Assembly (NCBI GenBank): GCA_016933055.1
Contig: JAFGBS010000014.1
Coordinates: 1 to 32,000, forward strand
DNA: 32,000 nucleotides
Source of the DNA: Promethearchaeota archaeon
GTDB lineage: Archaea; Asgardarchaeota; Lokiarchaeia; Sigyniarchaeales; Promethearchaeaceae
Reading direction: 5' to 3'
Shown: piece by piece, positions 7,712-16,839 of the stretch
Position numbering within the stretch: the first letter of the stretch is position 1
Layout: the number at the start of each line of letters is the position of its first letter
Position numbers and translations under genes: made by a program
The notes under the pieces: model-generated
What the model was told of the DNA's origin: nothing
Database searches by the model: none
What the model saw: the letters and a program-made list of their open reading frames with translations, nothing else

Positions 7712-9799
7712 CTAATTAATAAATGATAGATTCTCGGATAGTTCAATCAAGTTACGCTTCATTAAATTAATGAAAGCTGACCAATCATCTGTTGGAGTAA
7801 AGCATTGGAAGTTTTTACAAAGATAAAGTGAATATTTATCGTTAAAAGAGAATTTTTCTAATAATGCCCGTAGTTCTGGTAGGACTTTCTCTTGATACCA
7901 TAAATGTAATCGTGGTGTATAAAACGTGTGAATAAATGTAATCATATGTTCTACGGATTTTGATTTATCGAGGATCACGATATCAATAGAGCCATATAAA
8001 TACCATTGAAGCGATAGAAGAACAGCCCCATATCCTGTAGGATGAGTATGAGCTTGATCTATAAACGAGAGTAATGCGAATTCCGCCTTATGTAATAATG
8101 TTTCTTCCCCCGTATAGTAATATAACTGAAGCAAATTTTCTGCCATTACCGCATTAGGGCTAGGAAGGGGCATATCTGAACCTAATTTCATACGTATAGA
8201 AACATCTGTATTTAGTTTACTGGAAAAAAAATACCCTTGATTCTCCCTATCTGCAAATTGTGTTTCTACTATCTCAATTAAATTTCTAATAAGTGAATAG
8301 GTTGCGCGGTTGGGATAATATTGAAAATCTACTAATAACGCTTGTATAAAATATGCATAATCATCCAAATGTCCTATTGTTTTTCGGATTCCTGATTCAG
8401 GGTCTAATACACGGTATAAGATCTGTTCTTTGGGAGAATAGAGTCGTTGAGATATCGATTCTACAATCATATGCGCAATTATTCGAATTTTAGGATCATT
8501 TAGAATCCGATATGCAGAATAAAAACTGCTTATCATTAAACTAGTCCATGCAGTGAGGATTTTTAGATCTAAACTAGGAGGAATACGTTTCTCTCGAATT
8601 GAATGTAAAGATTTTAGGATCTGAGTAAATTCATTTTTATATTTCTCTACCAACTCCTCATCGCTGATGTAGAGATGATTGGTGTTGTGCTCGAAATTGC
8701 CTATTTCCGTCACTCCGTAAGCTTGAAAAAATAGTTTTTGCATTTCTGTTGGTATGATTTTCTCAAGCTCAGTTTTTTTCCATACATAGTATTTTCCTTC
8801 TTCACCTTCACTATCTGCATCTAATGCAGAATAGAATCCATTTCCCTCGCTGTACATGTGATTAATTACCCAATTGATAGTTTCACGTACCACTTCCTTA
8901 TACCGAGCTTTTTGAAAAACATAATATGCTTCGGAATATACCTGTATAGCCAAAGCATTGTCATATAACATTTTTTCGAAATGAGGAATTATCCATTGTT
9001 GATCCACAGAATATCGCGCAAATCCTCCTTCCACATGATCATAAATACCCCCATTAGCGATGTGATCCAAAGTGTTTTCCAATTCTTCTTTGATAATCTC
9101 ATATTTATTGGGTTGAGTTTTTTCGAATTCTGCAATTTGACGAATAATAAATAAGAGGCTAGTAAAATTTGGAAATTTAGGAGCCGTCCCGAATCCCCCA
9201 AAGGTAGAATCAAAAGAAGATGCTAAACTTTCCATCGCTCTTTCTAAAATGTTATGCGTGATCTCGTCGTTATCTGGAGAAGTCGGTCTGGAAATTTTCG
9301 TTAAGGTATCTAAAACTTGATTTCCCGTATGTTCAATATCATGTCGACGTGTTTGATATAGTTTGACGATTTCTTGTAAAATTTCGGTGAAACTTCTCAT
9401 CCCAAATTTCCGTACGTTAGGAAAATAGGTTCCAGCAAAAAATGGCTTTTTCCCATGAGTCATAAAAATTGTTAATGGCCATCCCCCTCGTCCACCCATC
9501 ATTTGAATAACGTGTTGGTAGATTTGGTCAAGATCTGGTCGTTCTTCTCTATCTAACTTGATAGAGATAAAATAATCATTAAGATATTGAGCAGTTTTCT
9601 CGTCTTCAAAAGACTCATGAGCCATAACATGACACCAGTGACATGTAGAGTAACCAATTGAAAGAAATACGGGTTTATCCTCCTCCTTCGCTTTTAAAAA
9701 TGCTAGTTCTCCCCATGGATACCAATCCACAAGATTATACATGTGCTGTTTTAAGTAGGGGGAACTCTCCCCAGCTAAGTGATTTGCTGTTCGATTCAT
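7712..9799 (-). CDS. Thioredoxin-domain protein with six-hairpin glycosidase-like fold, YyaL/SSP411 (SPATA20) family
   Basis: [75 protein letters not shown]. Confidence 0.95.
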   Translation of the reverse strand: MNRTANHLAGESSPYLKQHMYNLVDWYPWGELAFLKAKEEDKPVFLSIGYSTCHWCHVMAHESFEDEKTAQYLNDYFISIKLDREERPDLDQIYQHVIQMMGGRGGWPLTIFMTHGKKPFFAGTYFPNVRKFGMRSFTEILQEIVKLYQTRRHDIEHTGNQVLDTLTKISRPTSPDNDEITHNILERAMESLASSFDSTFGGFGTAPKFPNFTSLLFIIRQIAEFEKTQPNKYEIIKEELENTLDHIANGGIYDHVEGGFARYSVDQQWIIPHFEKMLYDNALAIQVYSEAYYVFQKARYKEVVRETINWVINHMYSEGNGFYSALDADSEGEEGKYYVWKKTELEKIIPTEMQKLFFQAYGVTEIGNFEHNTNHLYISDEELVEKYKNEFTQILKSLHSIREKRIPPSLDLKILTAWTSLMISSFYSAYRILNDPKIRIIAHMIVESISQRLYSPKEQILYRVLDPESGIRKTIGHLDDYAYFIQALLVDFQYYPNRATYSLIRNLIEIVETQFADRENQGYFFSSKLNTDVSIRMKLGSDMPLPSPNAVMAENLLQLYYYTGEETLLHKAEFALLSFIDQAHTHPTGYGAVLLSLQWYLYGSIDIVILDKSKSVEHMITFIHTFYTPRLHLWYQEKVLPELRALLEKFSFNDKYSLYLCKNFQCFTPTDDWSAFINLMKRNLIELSENLSFIN

Positions 9800-9872
9800 T
9801 ATATATTAGAAAAATAGTTCTTGACATTTGAAACTAGAGATTATAAATCAATAGAACTCATAAAAACAGGGA

Positions 9873-10022
9873 TAAAAATGAAATGGAACTACAGAGAACT
9901 TTTGCATTTGATCACACAAATCCCCGAGGTAAATTTTTTTTATATGTATTTTTGGTATTTCAAATAGGAGATATCCGCCAATTCCCTTTTAAGGGGGGTT
10001 TCAATACTCCATTTCATTTTTA
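9873..10022. mobile_element. Possible MITE-like element: 150 bp bounded by a perfect 15-bp terminal inverted repeat
   Basis: TAAAAATGAAATGGA (9873-9887) and TCCATTTCATTTTTA (10008-10022). The outer TA dinucleotides could be a TA target duplication. No transposase in the window. Confidence 0.4.
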
Positions 10023-10170
10023 AATTCAAAGATATTAGTAGAATAGTTATAAGAATTCCTAAGATCAAGGAGATATAATTACTCGGTGTGGTTGTTGCAA
10101 CTTCTGTTTCTTATGTAATCATGTAAAGGATTCTTCATGGGTTAAACTCTTGCTCATGAGTTATATTACG

Positions 10171-10926
10171 TTATCTTCCTATTCTTCGATTTCGTTTTAA
10201 ATAGGCTTTCAAATCTTCTAAGAGCATATCTTTATTGTAATCGGGCCATAAATCAGAACGGAATTTGAATTCTGCATAACTAGAGTCCCACAATAAAAAA
10301 CCTGACAACCTAGCCCCATCTTCCATTCCCGTCCGAATAATATAATCCAATTCAGGAAAATCATAGGTATACAAGTTTTGTTTGATTGTAGACCGATTTA
10401 TCTCTTCCATGGGAATCTTGGATCGAATAATTTTTTTAACAGCGTCTACAATTTCATCTTGTCCATCATAAAGTACACAAAAATTAATAAAATTATCATG
10501 GTATTTCTCGGTTGCTCGATTCATCTTTTCAATTTTTTCTTGAATTTCCTTGGGTAAATTATGTAATCTGCCAATTAGTCGCACGCGTACTCTTTTCTCT
10601 CGTATTAAAGGTTCAGAAAGCACGTCTTCTACTCCTTTGATTATGAGTTTAAATAGATATTTTACTTCCTTTTCGGTTCTATATTTGACATTTTCATTTG
10701 ATAAAGCATATACACTTAAATAAGGAATTCCTGCCTGGAAAATTGGATAAAGGATGGATTTCAACGTCTGGTATCCCGCTATATGTCCTTTTGTAACATC
10801 TTTGCTCCCTTTACGTGTGATCCACCGTCTATTTCCATCTAAAATTAAACCAAGATGAACCGGAAGCTTATCTTTATAATTAATATGTAACTCCTCCAGT
10901 GTAGAGATGTTATCTAAGTCGCTCAT
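10171..10926 (-). CDS. uppS: cis-prenyltransferase (polyprenyl/undecaprenyl diphosphate synthase family)
   Basis: PVHLGLILDGNRRW, YALSNEN, LDYIIRT...RLSGFLLWDSSYAE, LWPDY...RNRRIGR. Likely start is the ATG at 10926 (MSDLDN); the ORF track start of 10965 is upstream. Confidence 0.95.
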   Translation of the reverse strand: MSDLDNISTLEELHINYKDKLPVHLGLILDGNRRWITRKGSKDVTKGHIAGYQTLKSILYPIFQAGIPYLSVYALSNENVKYRTEKEVKYLFKLIIKGVEDVLSEPLIREKRVRVRLIGRLHNLPKEIQEKIEKMNRATEKYHDNFINFCVLYDGQDEIVDAVKKIIRSKIPMEEINRSTIKQNLYTYDFPELDYIIRTGMEDGARLSGFLLWDSSYAEFKFRSDLWPDYNKDMLLEDLKAYLKRNRRIGR

Positions 10927-11006
10927 TTTTTTATTCCGCGGATTTTTTGTAATAAAAGAACTCAATTAATTTTTTATGAGGGGAAGTATTAATTGTTAAT
11001 CGTATT

Positions 11007-12593
11007 ATGCAAGACTTGCTAAACGTGGGAATCGATTCCATTGGATTTTATGCACCACGGTTCTATATCGAATTGGAGGAATTAGCAAAAGCACGCAAAG
11101 TATCCCCAAATAAATATAAAGAGGGATTACTCCTTAAAGAACTTCGATTTACGGATATAGGTGAGGACATAATATCTCTCGGATTCCATGCAGCAAGAAT
11201 TGCACTTCAAAGAGGAAATATTAACTCCCAAGAAATTGATGGTGTGTTTGTCGGAACAGAAACGGAAACTTATGCAGCGAAATCAATTTCCAATATATTT
11301 ACTGAACTATTGGATATTCCTCCTAATTGTTTAACCCAAGATATTATGAATACATGCGCATCAGGTACCTTAGCTATATTAGATGCAATCTCTCTCGTGG
11401 AATTAAGAATTGTAACTAAAGCCTTAGTCATAATTACGGATATATCGAATTATGAAAAACATAGTGCGGGAGAGCCAACACAAGGAGCTGGTGCGGTTGC
11501 ACTAGTTATTTCAAAGAATCCCCGGATTGCTTCCTTTTCCCGATCTTTCGGGAAAGTGTCTGGAAATGTGGATGATTTCTTTCGCCCAAAAGGTAATAAA
11601 AATGCTCAAGTATTTGGAAAATATTCTGTTCAATCCTATTTAAACCTCCAAATGAAAGCTTATGAGAATCTTGAAAATCAAATTGGTGACATCAATGCAG
11701 ATTACTTCATTTTTCATGGTCCTTATGCACGATTACCCTTAAAATTGATGTATAAACTAATTTCTAAAAATTGGCTTTATCGCATTGAAAAAAAGATAAG
11801 TAAATATACACCCTTTCCAAATTCGGATATATTAGATCGTATATTCAGCAATGTATCAATAGTACCTGATTTTATTGTGAACAAATTAGCGGAGATTACT
11901 GCAAATTCTGAGGAATTTGAATCAATTAAGATGCGACTGCGGGATGTGATCAAAAACACAGTTTTACCTCAACTACATATTCCTATGTATTTTGGTAATA
12001 TGTATTCAGCCTCATTATGGGCTCAGTTGCAATATTTGCTCGAAACGGCATTAAAACCAAATGATTATGTATATTTCGGATCCTATGGTTCTGGGGCAAC
12101 CTGTATATCGGGATTAATTAAAATAAATGAGAGATATTCTGAAGTAATTAGGAATCCCCCCACAGTTCGGGATATTATGACTAATAAAGTGAAGAAATCC
12201 ATTCCTGAATATGAAGAGATTAAATACAATCAACTTAAACCAGAATTAGTATGGGCGAAAATACAATCACTAGAGGATCATCCAGGCTATACTCTTCGGT
12301 ATTGCGATAAAGGTTGCTTGTTATCACCAATTCAAGGCATAGAATATTGTCCAAAAGGACATAGTGGAATCAATACATTATATTTTCCCATTTATGCAAC
12401 TTTAATAACTATTATAAAGCCTTTTGATCAAAATGATTTAAGTCCATTGAAGGATGGTCTTGTTCTACTGATTGGAAAACCCCATATAGGTTCTACCTTA
12501 GAATTTGAATTAAGACGTACCCAATCAAATGAAGAAGGTAGTGAAGCAAAAGGATTATTGAATTGGATACCGATTTATAATGCAAATATTTAG
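11007..12593 (+). CDS. mvaS: HMG-CoA synthase (MvaS-like) with a fused C-terminal DUF35-like Zn-ribbon/OB-fold domain
   Basis: VGIDSIGFYAP, catalytic triad E85 (GTETE), C117 (NTCASG), H237 (FHGPY); GEPTQGAGAVA, GNMYSASL, FGSYGSGA. About 120 extra C-terminal residues with C433-x3-C-x10-C-x3-H and IGSTLEFELRR...GLLNW. Confidence 0.9.
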   Translation: MQDLLNVGIDSIGFYAPRFYIELEELAKARKVSPNKYKEGLLLKELRFTDIGEDIISLGFHAARIALQRGNINSQEIDGVFVGTETETYAAKSISNIFTELLDIPPNCLTQDIMNTCASGTLAILDAISLVELRIVTKALVIITDISNYEKHSAGEPTQGAGAVALVISKNPRIASFSRSFGKVSGNVDDFFRPKGNKNAQVFGKYSVQSYLNLQMKAYENLENQIGDINADYFIFHGPYARLPLKLMYKLISKNWLYRIEKKISKYTPFPNSDILDRIFSNVSIVPDFIVNKLAEITANSEEFESIKMRLRDVIKNTVLPQLHIPMYFGNMYSASLWAQLQYLLETALKPNDYVYFGSYGSGATCISGLIKINERYSEVIRNPPTVRDIMTNKVKKSIPEYEEIKYNQLKPELVWAKIQSLEDHPGYTLRYCDKGCLLSPIQGIEYCPKGHSGINTLYFPIYATLITIIKPFDQNDLSPLKDGLVLLIGKPHIGSTLEFELRRTQSNEEGSEAKGLLNWIPIYNANI

Positions 12594-13779
12594 GCACTCT
12601 CCGATTTTTAATCAATTGAAGCAAGATTATCAAGATATAATACACTATTTGGAAGAAAATCACTATCACATAGAACCTGTCCCAACATATCAAACGGCTA
12701 ATTATGATTTCGGAGAAGAATGCGCTATTGCATTCCCAATTCAAGGTCTATTAAAATATCATGGAATGTTAGATTCCTATGAGAGAATTGCGCTGTTCCC
12801 CAGTATATCCCTTAATAATGATGCGTTCTATACCGTTACTTACCTCAAATTTGATCCTGATTTGATCGAGGACATATTTTATTTAAACGGTAAAGTACAA
12901 TCCCACAACAATGAATATGAACGAGTAAAATTCCAATTAAACAAGATTCGGAACCATGCTGGAGTTCAAAGTAAAGCATTTATTATATCAAGGAATTTTA
13001 CTAGAACTGATTCTGCACAATTATCAGGAAAAGGATTGGGAACATCAGCGGCTGGAGGTGCCGCAATAGCCCGAGCTGCGTTTTCGATTCTATATAAGGA
13101 TAAAATATATGCAAACAATTCTCGGTTACAAAGTGTTTTTTCTCGATATCTATCTGGTTCAGCTGCAAGAAGCAGCGTAGGTGGTTTTGCATTATGGATG
13201 AGTAAACCTGATAGAGAAACATGGAATAGTTATGCAATACGTTTAGATACTCCTGAATATGAGGATTTTATTAATACAATCTCACTTATTTCCATCCCTT
13301 TTAGTTCCTCCTTTAGTACTTCTTTAGCTCATAGACTTGCTCCAAGTTCTCCTTTTTACCAAAAATGGTGTTTATCACGTAAAGAAAAGATATTCAAATT
13401 TCTTCAAGCGTTTCAAGATCGGGATTTTAAGATTATAGGAGAATTAGCTGAAGAGGATTCCAGAATTTTACATCAAATTAGTAATACAGCAGATTTTGGA
13501 CTTACGTATTGGAACGATAAAACAAGAGAATTAATGAATTACGCTGATCAGATGAAAAAAAAAGGTATCCCTGTTTATTATACAATAGATACTGGCCCCT
13601 CCGTAGTATTTCTCACTCAAAAAAAATATGAAGATCAAATAATTCAAGACTTACATCTCCAATTTAAATTATCTTCAAAAATATTTAGGGGATCTGTAGC
13701 CGGACCAAGCAAATTAATTCCACCAAATTCTAATTTAATTCACCTATTGGATGATGACTTTGAAAAATTCAGCTCCTAG
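12580..13779 (+). CDS. mvaD: GHMP-family mevalonate decarboxylase, haloarchaeal/Chloroflexi-type phosphomevalonate decarboxylase
   Basis: AFPIQGLLKYHG (haloarchaeal PMD has AHPIQGLVKYHG), GLGTSAAGGAA, SGSAARS, PVYYTIDTGPSV. Overlaps the mvaS stop by 14 nt. Confidence 0.85.
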   Translation: MQIFRHSPIFNQLKQDYQDIIHYLEENHYHIEPVPTYQTANYDFGEECAIAFPIQGLLKYHGMLDSYERIALFPSISLNNDAFYTVTYLKFDPDLIEDIFYLNGKVQSHNNEYERVKFQLNKIRNHAGVQSKAFIISRNFTRTDSAQLSGKGLGTSAAGGAAIARAAFSILYKDKIYANNSRLQSVFSRYLSGSAARSSVGGFALWMSKPDRETWNSYAIRLDTPEYEDFINTISLISIPFSSSFSTSLAHRLAPSSPFYQKWCLSRKEKIFKFLQAFQDRDFKIIGELAEEDSRILHQISNTADFGLTYWNDKTRELMNYADQMKKKGIPVYYTIDTGPSVVFLTQKKYEDQIIQDLHLQFKLSSKIFRGSVAGPSKLIPPNSNLIHLLDDDFEKFSS

Positions 13780-14926
13780 TTCGCGACTACCTGGTTTTCA
13801 TAATCTTTCCATCAAGGAACGACAAGAAATTATAAAGAAATTATCAGGTTTAACTAATGAAGAAATAGATCAATTAAATAACTTCGGAAATCTGGGAATG
13901 GAGTTAGGAATTAAATTTTCAGAAAATGTTATTGGAGGATACACCTTACCAATTTCAATTGCTACTAATTTTCAAATTAATTCGAAGGATTACCTTGTTC
14001 CCATGGTCACGGAGGAATCCTCTGTTGTTGCAGCAGCATCTTATGGTGCTAAATTAGCTCGAAAATATGGAGGTTTTGTTTGTGATCCTTTAGAAAATCT
14101 AATGATCGGTCAACTGCAGATTTTACTGGAAAAACGAGATGACATCGAAAATTTTATCCGACCATTAAAATCAGAATTCCTAAGGAAAATCAACGAACAA
14201 CACTCTACTTTATCATCAGTGGGAGGGGGTGCGAAAGAACTAAGATTTAGAAAAATACAATCTAGCCGGGGTGGAATGGGTATTCTTGAATTGGAAGTTG
14301 ATGTGGTGGATGCAATGGGAGCAAATATTGTTAATTCTATGATGGAAACCCTTGGAAAACTACTACAAAGGAAATATCATGAAAAAATCCGTGCAAAAAT
14401 AGTTTCTAATCTCGCCATAGGTCGAATATGCAAATGTAAAGCAATTTTTGATACAGAAGAAATGGGAAGAGATGTAGCACATAAATTAGTAGATATCTAC
14501 GCATTTGCTGAAGCAGATCCATACCGTGCTGTGACCCACAATAAAGGTATAATGAATGGAATTATTGCATTAGCATTAGCAACAGGGAATGATACACGTG
14601 CTTTAGAAGCAGCTGCTCATGGATATGCTTCAATTGATGGAAAATATAGACCTTTAAGTCGATTTTATTTAAATGAAGAAGGAAATTTAGTTGGATCTAT
14701 ATCAGTTCCCTTACCTATGGGTATTATAGGTGGAATCACATCTATGAATCCCGTATCTAGAATTGCCTTAAAAATTTTGGGCATTTCCACCGCTACAGAA
14801 TTAATACAAATCGCAAGTGCGGTGGGTTTGGCTCAGAATATTTCCGCCCTTAGGGCACTTGCCGACGAAGGCATCCAAAAATCTCACATGCGATTGCATG
14901 CACGAAAATTTGAAAATAGAAGATGA
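13751..14926 (+). CDS. mvaA: HMG-CoA reductase, class II
   Basis: SRLPGFHNLS, ENVIG, PMVTEESSVVAAAS, DAMGAN, THNKGIMNG, GNDTRALEA, GIQKSHMRLHAR. Confidence 0.95.
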   Translation: MMTLKNSAPSSRLPGFHNLSIKERQEIIKKLSGLTNEEIDQLNNFGNLGMELGIKFSENVIGGYTLPISIATNFQINSKDYLVPMVTEESSVVAAASYGAKLARKYGGFVCDPLENLMIGQLQILLEKRDDIENFIRPLKSEFLRKINEQHSTLSSVGGGAKELRFRKIQSSRGGMGILELEVDVVDAMGANIVNSMMETLGKLLQRKYHEKIRAKIVSNLAIGRICKCKAIFDTEEMGRDVAHKLVDIYAFAEADPYRAVTHNKGIMNGIIALALATGNDTRALEAAAHGYASIDGKYRPLSRFYLNEEGNLVGSISVPLPMGIIGGITSMNPVSRIALKILGISTATELIQIASAVGLAQNISALRALADEGIQKSHMRLHARKFENRR

Positions 14927-14930
14927 GACG

Positions 14931-15875
14931 ATGATTATTGCATCAGCACCCGGAAAATGTATATTACTTGGAGAACATGCAGTGGTGTACGGATATCCAG
15001 CCGTTGCAGTTGCGTTAAACATTCGATCTTATTGCTCAATTCATAGAATCTCTGAAAAATACATTCATTTTAATTTACCAGACCAATCTTTTGACATAAT
15101 ATGTGAAAATTTAGAACAATTACTAAAATCAATCCCTCAAAAATACCTACAATTTCCTCAAGTACTAGTTAGTCTATCTAAGCGATTTAATTTCAAAGTT
15201 TCTAACATATCAATCCAAATTCAATCAAATTTATGGAGAGGAGCGGGATTAGGCTCATCAGCATCAACATCAATAGCTTTCTTATTTGCCATCTTTCATC
15301 TATACAGAGTGGATAAAAAATTCATACCTGAATTTGCATTCATGATGGAGAAATATGTCCATGGAACACCATCTGGAATTGATAATAGTGTTTGTTATTG
15401 GGGGGGTACCTTAGTTTTTCAAGAGAAAATAAGAGAGAAATTCACGATTCCTAAATTTCCTATGTTGATCACGCATTCAGGAACTACTCATAATACCGGA
15501 AATATTGTTAGAGAAATAAAAAATAGCTCTTCTTCTATGAAAAAATCATTCTCGGAAATTGGACAGATAGTTCAAGAAGGATTAAACGTGCTAAAACTGG
15601 CAGACCTTGTGCGTTTAGGTGAACTGTTTAATAAAAATCATGATATTTTGTCAACAATGGGAGTTTCAACAGAAGATATCGAAATTATTCGAACAATAGC
15701 CTTAACAAACGGTGCTTATGGCTCCAAAGTCACAGGAGCGGGAGGGGGAGGATGTGTGATTTCATTAGGGGAGTTGAATAATTTAAAAAAAATCAAATCC
15801 ATCCTTCATCTCAGAGGATATATCAGCAAAATATCTTACGTGGATTATAATGGTGGTAGAATTGAATCAGAATAG
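14931..15875 (+). CDS. mvk: Mevalonate kinase
   Basis: ASAPGKCILLGEHAVVYG, GAGLGSSAS, HGTPSGID, SKVTGAGGGG. The start is placed at ATG 14931, 4 nt after the mvaA stop; the ORF-track start at 14817 lies inside mvaA. Confidence 0.95.
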   Translation: MIIASAPGKCILLGEHAVVYGYPAVAVALNIRSYCSIHRISEKYIHFNLPDQSFDIICENLEQLLKSIPQKYLQFPQVLVSLSKRFNFKVSNISIQIQSNLWRGAGLGSSASTSIAFLFAIFHLYRVDKKFIPEFAFMMEKYVHGTPSGIDNSVCYWGGTLVFQEKIREKFTIPKFPMLITHSGTTHNTGNIVREIKNSSSSMKKSFSEIGQIVQEGLNVLKLADLVRLGELFNKNHDILSTMGVSTEDIEIIRTIALTNGAYGSKVTGAGGGGCVISLGELNNLKKIKSILHLRGYISKISYVDYNGGRIESE

Positions 15876-16648
15876 ATCGGTAATTATCATAAAGATTGGA
15901 GGAAGTGTGTTAACATATAAAAAGATTCTAATGAGCCTAAGGAAAGTTATTATAGACTATATATTAGATCAATTATCAGAGATTTGATAAAGATTTATCA
16001 TTGTTCATGGGATGTGTTGTTTGGTCACACTGTTATAAATAAATGCACAATACATTAAGGTTCAAATAAGAAAAAATGAAATTATTCACTAAGATTAAGA
16101 AAAACTTGTATTCTCACGTTAGATTTAAATTTAACGTTCAATCAAAGCTTGATAGATCGAAATGTGGCAAGCATTCTTTTATATTCCTCCAGTGTATATG
16201 AATAAAAAAACGATCAAGTCTATTTTCAAAATACCATTTTGACCATTGAATCCTTGCAAAATTACGAGACTGTACCCGTTCTTATGGAGTAGTAATCTTT
16301 CAATCCCCCCCCATTTTCTAATGTGACGGGAGATCGGCTCGTACAGGAGATTTTTACTCATATTTAATCCTATATTGTCAAGAAAGTTATTTATGCATTT
16401 GGTCAATACGGAACAATCATAAATCATAAATCAATTGAATAAATTCATTGTTCCGGACCAAATTCCCTACCTATTAAAGGGAAAAGTGATGCTGTTCAAC
16501 GGGCAGGGGGACTTAAAGAAAAGTTATAAGAGATCCGCTGATATATCGGTTGATTATTACCGTTATGTTGATAAATGGACTTAAAAATAATCACATGACG
16601 CCTTCAACTCAATCCAATGGTATTCTTTGCTCGAAATTTGAAATTTGA
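15862..16648 (+). pseudogene. ipk: Decayed isopentenyl phosphate kinase (amino-acid-kinase superfamily) pseudogene
   Basis: Colinear motif remnants: IIIKIGGSVLTYK (15883-15921), tandem stops at 15985-15990, FIIVHG (15994-16011), -1 frameshift, FGH (16020-16028), VPVL plus frameshifted xGVV (16272-16294), TGDRLV (16326-16343), KKVIY, GGLKEKL (16506-16526), INGLK (16571-16585), stop at 16646-16648. Total span is about 262 codons. Confidence 0.85.
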
Positions 16649-16839
16649 ATTGAATGTAAGACGTACAGCAAAATCTTCCGATAATTCAGAAAATATGATC
16701 TTTAAGAAATTCTACACACGAATTCTGATAATTATTATTAGGGCGATAGAGCTCAAATTCATAGATCTTGCGCAATAACTTTATAAATTCGCTCTACAAT
16801 TGTTTCATAGATATTTAACGAATAACGGAATGAAAAAAA

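Noticed and set aside
9878-9967. 29-aa ORF MKWNYRELLHLITQIPEVNFFYMYFWYFK inside the inverted-repeat element
   Set aside because: Too short, no SD, starts within the TIR, and has no motif.
10064-10200. Cys-rich open frame (TRCGCCNFCFLC) on the + strand
   Set aside because: There is no start codon between the upstream stop and the Cys cluster, and it runs antisense into uppS.
14817-14930. N-terminal extension on mevalonate kinase (ORF-track start)
   Set aside because: It lies inside mvaA; the ATG at 14931 gives the canonical N-terminus.
16179-16427. 82-aa minus-strand ORF as a real gene
   Set aside because: It is antisense to the ipk remnant and has no recognisable motif.
15985-16648. Sec/Pyl recoding or programmed frameshifting rescuing ipk
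   Set aside because: The stops are numerous, include TAA and tandem stops, and come with several frameshifts and motif erosion.
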